Source: Anthoceros angustus
Lineage: Eukaryota > Plantae > Anthocerotophyta
Direction: 5' to 3'
Assembly (NCBI GenBank): GCA_010909165.1
Contig: MU008155.1
Location: forward strand, 124,001 to 188,000
DNA: 64,000 nucleotides
Part shown: one piece after another, positions 60,401 to 64,000 of the stretch
How positions within the stretch are numbered: the stretch's first letter is position 1
How the letters are laid out: each line of letters opens with the position of its first letter
Made by a program: the position numbers and the translations under genes
Notes under the pieces: generated by a model
The model's database searches: none
The model's input: only the letters and a program-made list of their open reading frames with translations
What the model was told of the DNA's origin: nothing

Positions 60401-60757
60401 AGGACTCAAACCTCATAATCAACATCCCTATTGTCATCACCCATATTCTCCACATCATTCATATTCTCATCATCATCCACATTGTCATCATCGCCCATAT
60501 TGTGGTCATCCATATAGTCCTCATGATCATTTCTAGTACCATCATTGTCAGTATCTACACCCATATTGTTGGTCCCTAAGGGCGGGACATTCACATCAGG
60601 TACTAGATAAGATGAGGATGCACCACCTTTGCAAGTGCTTCTGCTCATGCTCCCAGGCAACATTGAGCTTGTGTTCTTCCTTATACATACACTTGGTACA
60701 CTTACACCATACCCATGGGAAGTCTTTGACAGCCCTAGCCCTTTTCCCACGGTCCAT
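57486..60757 (-). pseudogene. CACTA transposase (TnpD/Tnp2: transposase-associated N-terminus, Transposase_21, DUF4218, DUF4216), GT-AG intron 58986-59110, several frameshifts
   Basis: WCKCTKC..H; IHACPDDCMLF..CLFCNKSRY..LRYFPLKPR..SMAWKHVD..PRNLRFGLATDGINPF..SIWPV..YNLPPW..HDYPG..ACPSC; DPMHIGKNV; FP.SF...QVH..VHL..E...CGP...RWMY..ER; YVGKV..I..VD..KVKWF. Confidence 0.93.
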
Positions 60758-60996
60758 CGATGACGGATGGTACAAAAATACCGAGAAGGAAATAGAGTGA
60801 GGATTGAACATGTAAACCTCATGGGCTCTCACATATATAAACATTCCAAAATGAAAAACTCGATAACAGATGGTTAAAAACTCGATAACAGATGGTTTAC
60901 ATTCGGTAACTCGAAAATTCGGCCATATGTGCACAATATTGAGGATGGTGTAAGTGTTCAGGGCGTGTGTGTGTCTGTGTGGGCAGTGGGAGAGAG

Positions 60997-61300
60997 AGGA
61001 AATGTGGTCGCGGGGACCCGGGGTTATCTCGCGCCGGAGTACGCGGTGTCGGGGAAGTCGACTCCCGAGCCGGACGTGTTCAGCCTTCGGTTTTACGTTG
61101 TTCGTGGCGACTGCTCTGCCGTATGAGCCAATCGGGAGGACGAAGATTCCAGTGGATTGGGTGGAGTTAAGGAGAATCGAGGTGGTGGAGGTGGTGGATG
61201 GGAGGCCGGAGGAGATTTTAATGAGAGCAGCTTGCTGCGTTTTGAAGGTTGGTTGTTGTGTACCCATCCGGATCCTAAGGTTCGGCTTCACCTGTGTTGC
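60997..61300 (+). pseudogene. Receptor-like protein kinase fragment (subdomains VIII-XI, L-type LecRK-like) captured in the CACTA
   Basis: VVAGTRGYLAPEYAVSGKSTPEPDVFS(FG)..PVDWV..EVVEVVDGR..GDFNE...LKVG.LCTHPDPKVR (joining frames). Confidence 0.85.
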
Positions 61301-62064
61301 TGCGTATCTTGAAGGATAACAGCCACCATTGGCGGCCTCCGTGCCGGTGGCAATTTATGTGAGCGAGTTTACTTGCCGCCTGTGGATTCGCCTCGAGTTT
61401 GAGAGGAACGTGGTGGAGAAGAAGGGGATCCGAGATGTGCGATCCGGAGCCGGTGGAGACGAGCCACTCGAGTCGATCCCAGTGATTCCGCCTCGTATCC
61501 TGAGGTGGTGAGTCACCGGATGGCGGAGAAGCGCAGTGGTGGTGATGCGGGCCGCATGGCGGTGATGGGTTCTTTTGTGCAACCTAGATAGCGGGTTGGG
61601 CTTTGCTTCGTAGATTATCGATCAAACTATCTGTACAAAATGCAACCCTGCGTTATGCGGCCTCAAGGCATTTGTGATCTGAGCCATCACGGATACGCAC
61701 CACTTTTGGTCCCACCCACACGTCCTCACATTCGACACAACACGTCCTCACTAGACTCCTCCTTCGGAGAGACATATATCATTTCCAACGATTCGGACGC
61801 TCCCAAAGTTCAACCCAATTTTGCCAAGAAATCGCAGTAGCTAATCTCGTCGGAGCACATGGCGGCTAATCTCGATTCGAGGATGCACCAACAAGCGACC
61901 ATGACTCTGCTCGTTGTGAAAACTTCCTTGGGAGGCCCAGATTCATTCTCCGATGATACTCGTGTCACACCTCAAATCTCGGCCATGCATATGGACCACG
62001 CACAAAACACGATCCAGGTTGAATCTACCTCCAGCACGTCTAGGACAGATGTTTCCTGGACATG

Positions 62065-64000
62065 TTGGCCATGTTACTTCACACAGAGGAAGGACGCTCT
62101 CGACTCAAGCTTTCCCAATGCTCACGAGCTTTGTCAAATCGTCCTAGAAGGTGAGCTAATCTTGGGAAATCGGTCATTGCTATCGCCATTATTTCCACAC
62201 GCTGCCTGAGATGATGGCACACAATGACGGGTGTCTCCACATCTATTTCCTATTCTCTGAACTCTACACTCTACCCTGCAGGCCACTGGGCGGGGATCAT
62301 CACCTCCGGTGATGTTGGTTAGTTGCAATCAATTCTCTCAACCACAGTGGAGTTGGATTACCCTCGACATTTCATGATATCCCATTCTTGATCCGATGTA
62401 GTCTTTGGGCCGGAATCAACAGCATTGGCGCTAGCGTTTCCTCTTGAATGATGAGGTGCTGGATGCGTGAGCGCCCGCGAGTATGAGAACCTCGTGAGGT
62501 AGGTTGGTTGAGAGCTTGATTCATGGCGCTACTTCACACAGAGGAAGGACGCTCGACTCAAGCTTTCCGTTGCTCACCGAGCTTTGTCAAATCGTCAAAT
62601 ACGGTTTCAGAGCTAATCTTGGGAAATCGGTCATTGCCCTGCCATTATTTCCACACACGCCAGATGATGGCACACAATGACAGGGTGTCTCCACATCTAT
62701 TTCTATTCTTGAGACTCTACACTCTACCACAACGAGGCCCTGGCCATCACAACGCCCGATGTTCCAGTTAGTTTGTCGATCAATTCCTCACCAACCACAG
62801 TGGAGTTGGATTACCCTCGGCTTTCGATATCTGCCATTATAATCGATGTAGTCTTTGGGCGGAATCACGGGAGGTGGCGCTGTTTCCTCGCAGCGAATGA
62901 TGAGAATTAGGATCAGGTGCAACGGTATGAGCCAACCTCGTGAGGTAGGTTGGTTGAGAGCTTGATTCATGGCCTTCCTCACTGTCTGCCATGCCTCCCG
63001 GGAATCTTTGCATGGAGCTAGTAGCGCCTTGCGTTGGCCTGTAGTCTTTATCACATGGAGCGGACGCCGCCATTCGTGCCCTCGTCCAGGTCCTTTAAGA
63101 TACGGCCGATCTTCCTTTAAGATACGGCGGATCTATGGCCGTCTGGGTGAGTGCGGATGGTAGGCAGCTAAGGCGGGAAGCTTGGTGGCGGCCACGGTCC
63201 GGCTGGTGTTTGGGTGGCGGCCACGGTCCGGCGCTTTCTAGTGCGATGGCGCGGTGGCGCTTTCTAGTGTTTGCGGTGTTGCGTTCGGTGGCGCTTTCTA
63301 GTGTTTGCGGTGTTGCGTTGCCTGCCTCTGTATCAAGACTGGAGTAGCGCATTCATTCCTCCGGATGCCTAAGCTTGTGGCAAAAAGCTAGAGTTTCATG
63401 CGGTCGGACCGGGGACGACGTGCATTGGCGGCCCTCCTCAGAGGCTGTCGATCAATTCCTCACCAACCACGTGAGTTGGATTACCCTCGGCTTTCGATAT
63501 CTGCCATTATAATCGATGTAGTCTTTGGGCGGAATCACGGGAGGTGGCGCTGTTTCCTCGCAGCGAATGATGAGAATTAGGATCAGGTGCAACGGTATGA
63601 GCCAACCTCGTGAGGTAGGTTGGTTGAGAGCTTGATTCATGGCCTTCCTCACTGTCTGCCATGCCTCCCGGGAATCTTTGCATGGAGCTAGTAGCGCCTT
63701 GCGTTGGCCTGTAGTCTTTATCACATGGGCGGGCGATCCGCCATTCTGCGTCCTCGTCCGTCCTTTAAGATACGGCCGATCTTCCTTTAAGATACGGCCG
63801 ATCTTCCTTTAAGATACGGCGATTAGTCTGGGTGGTAAACGGGCTAAGGCGGGAAGCTTGGGTGGCGGCCACGGTCCGGCGCTTTCTAGTGTTTGCGGTG
63901 TTGCGTTCGGTGGCGCTTTCTACGTTAAGCGCTTTCTAGTGTTTGCGGTGTTGCGTTGCCTGCCTCCGTATCAAGACTGGAGTAGCGCATTCATTCCTCC
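62065..64000. repeat. Nested direct duplications inside the CACTA (62065-62330 ~ 62530-62790; 62780-63360 ~ 63448-64000; 22-bp and ~34-bp tandem units)
   Basis: An identical 88-90-aa spurious ORF (MIKTTGQRKALL..) appears twice; TACTTCACACAGAGGAAGGACGCTC twice; CTTTAAGATACGGCCGATCTT tandem. Confidence 0.85.

Larger units (their letters stand above)
56160..64000 (-). mobile_element. CACTA (En/Spm) DNA transposon, left part; runs off the window
   Basis: Terminus CACTACTAGGAAA at 56160 breaking C6 gag (candidate 3-bp TSD AAG), subterminal repeats, Tnp2 transposase. Confidence 0.9.

Noticed and set aside
60400-60560. His-rich plus-strand ORF (HHPYSPHH..)
   Set aside because: Antisense shadow of the Asp/Asn-rich linker of the CACTA transposase.
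1-64000. tRNA or rRNA genes
   Set aside because: Only PBS complements of tRNA 3' ends were seen; no full RNA gene recognised by eye.

Overview
Eukaryotic, repeat-dense DNA, most likely heterochromatin from a non-seed land plant (bryophyte, lycophyte or fern). The basis is the intron-containing COQ3 fragment, a receptor-like kinase fragment, plant Ty1/copia elements with tRNA-iMet PBS, non-chromovirus Ty3/gypsy elements with Athila-type PBS, and an En/Spm-CACTA element. The window is almost entirely nested transposons: six copia elements or fragments (C1 972-6894, C2 22184-23142, C3 27161-~31345, C4 38936-51860, C5 42674-51438, C6 51861-56159), four gypsy segments (G1 1-15642 minus strand with 3.9-kb LTRs, G2 15643-21290, G3 23143-~25160, G4 ~26065-27160) and the left part of a CACTA element (56160-end). 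Five things stand out. (1) A minus-strand pseudogene with a ParB/Sulfiredoxin-like domain (GGNHTxAA...LAxxHN) and a 36-aa N-terminal repeat, co-oriented with the C-terminal half of a DUF7869/Sola1-like transposase; together these may be one large DNA transposon. (2) A ~0.9-kb alphaproteobacterial fragment (ECF rpoE plus a divergent COG2907/UfaD-like FAD oxidoreductase, both with RpoE-type promoters) fused to a gypsy pol and ending at the only N; it is contamination/chimera or a very recent HGT. (3) Related copia elements carrying different ~1.8-kb GC-rich antisense cargo between pol and the PPT. (4) Captured host gene fragments: COQ3, possibly in a Helitron, and an RLK kinase C-lobe in the CACTA. 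(5) Perfect hairpins and motif arrays. Many frameshifts are probably long-read consensus deletions rather than real decay. All protein family calls are by eye from motifs; no searches were run.
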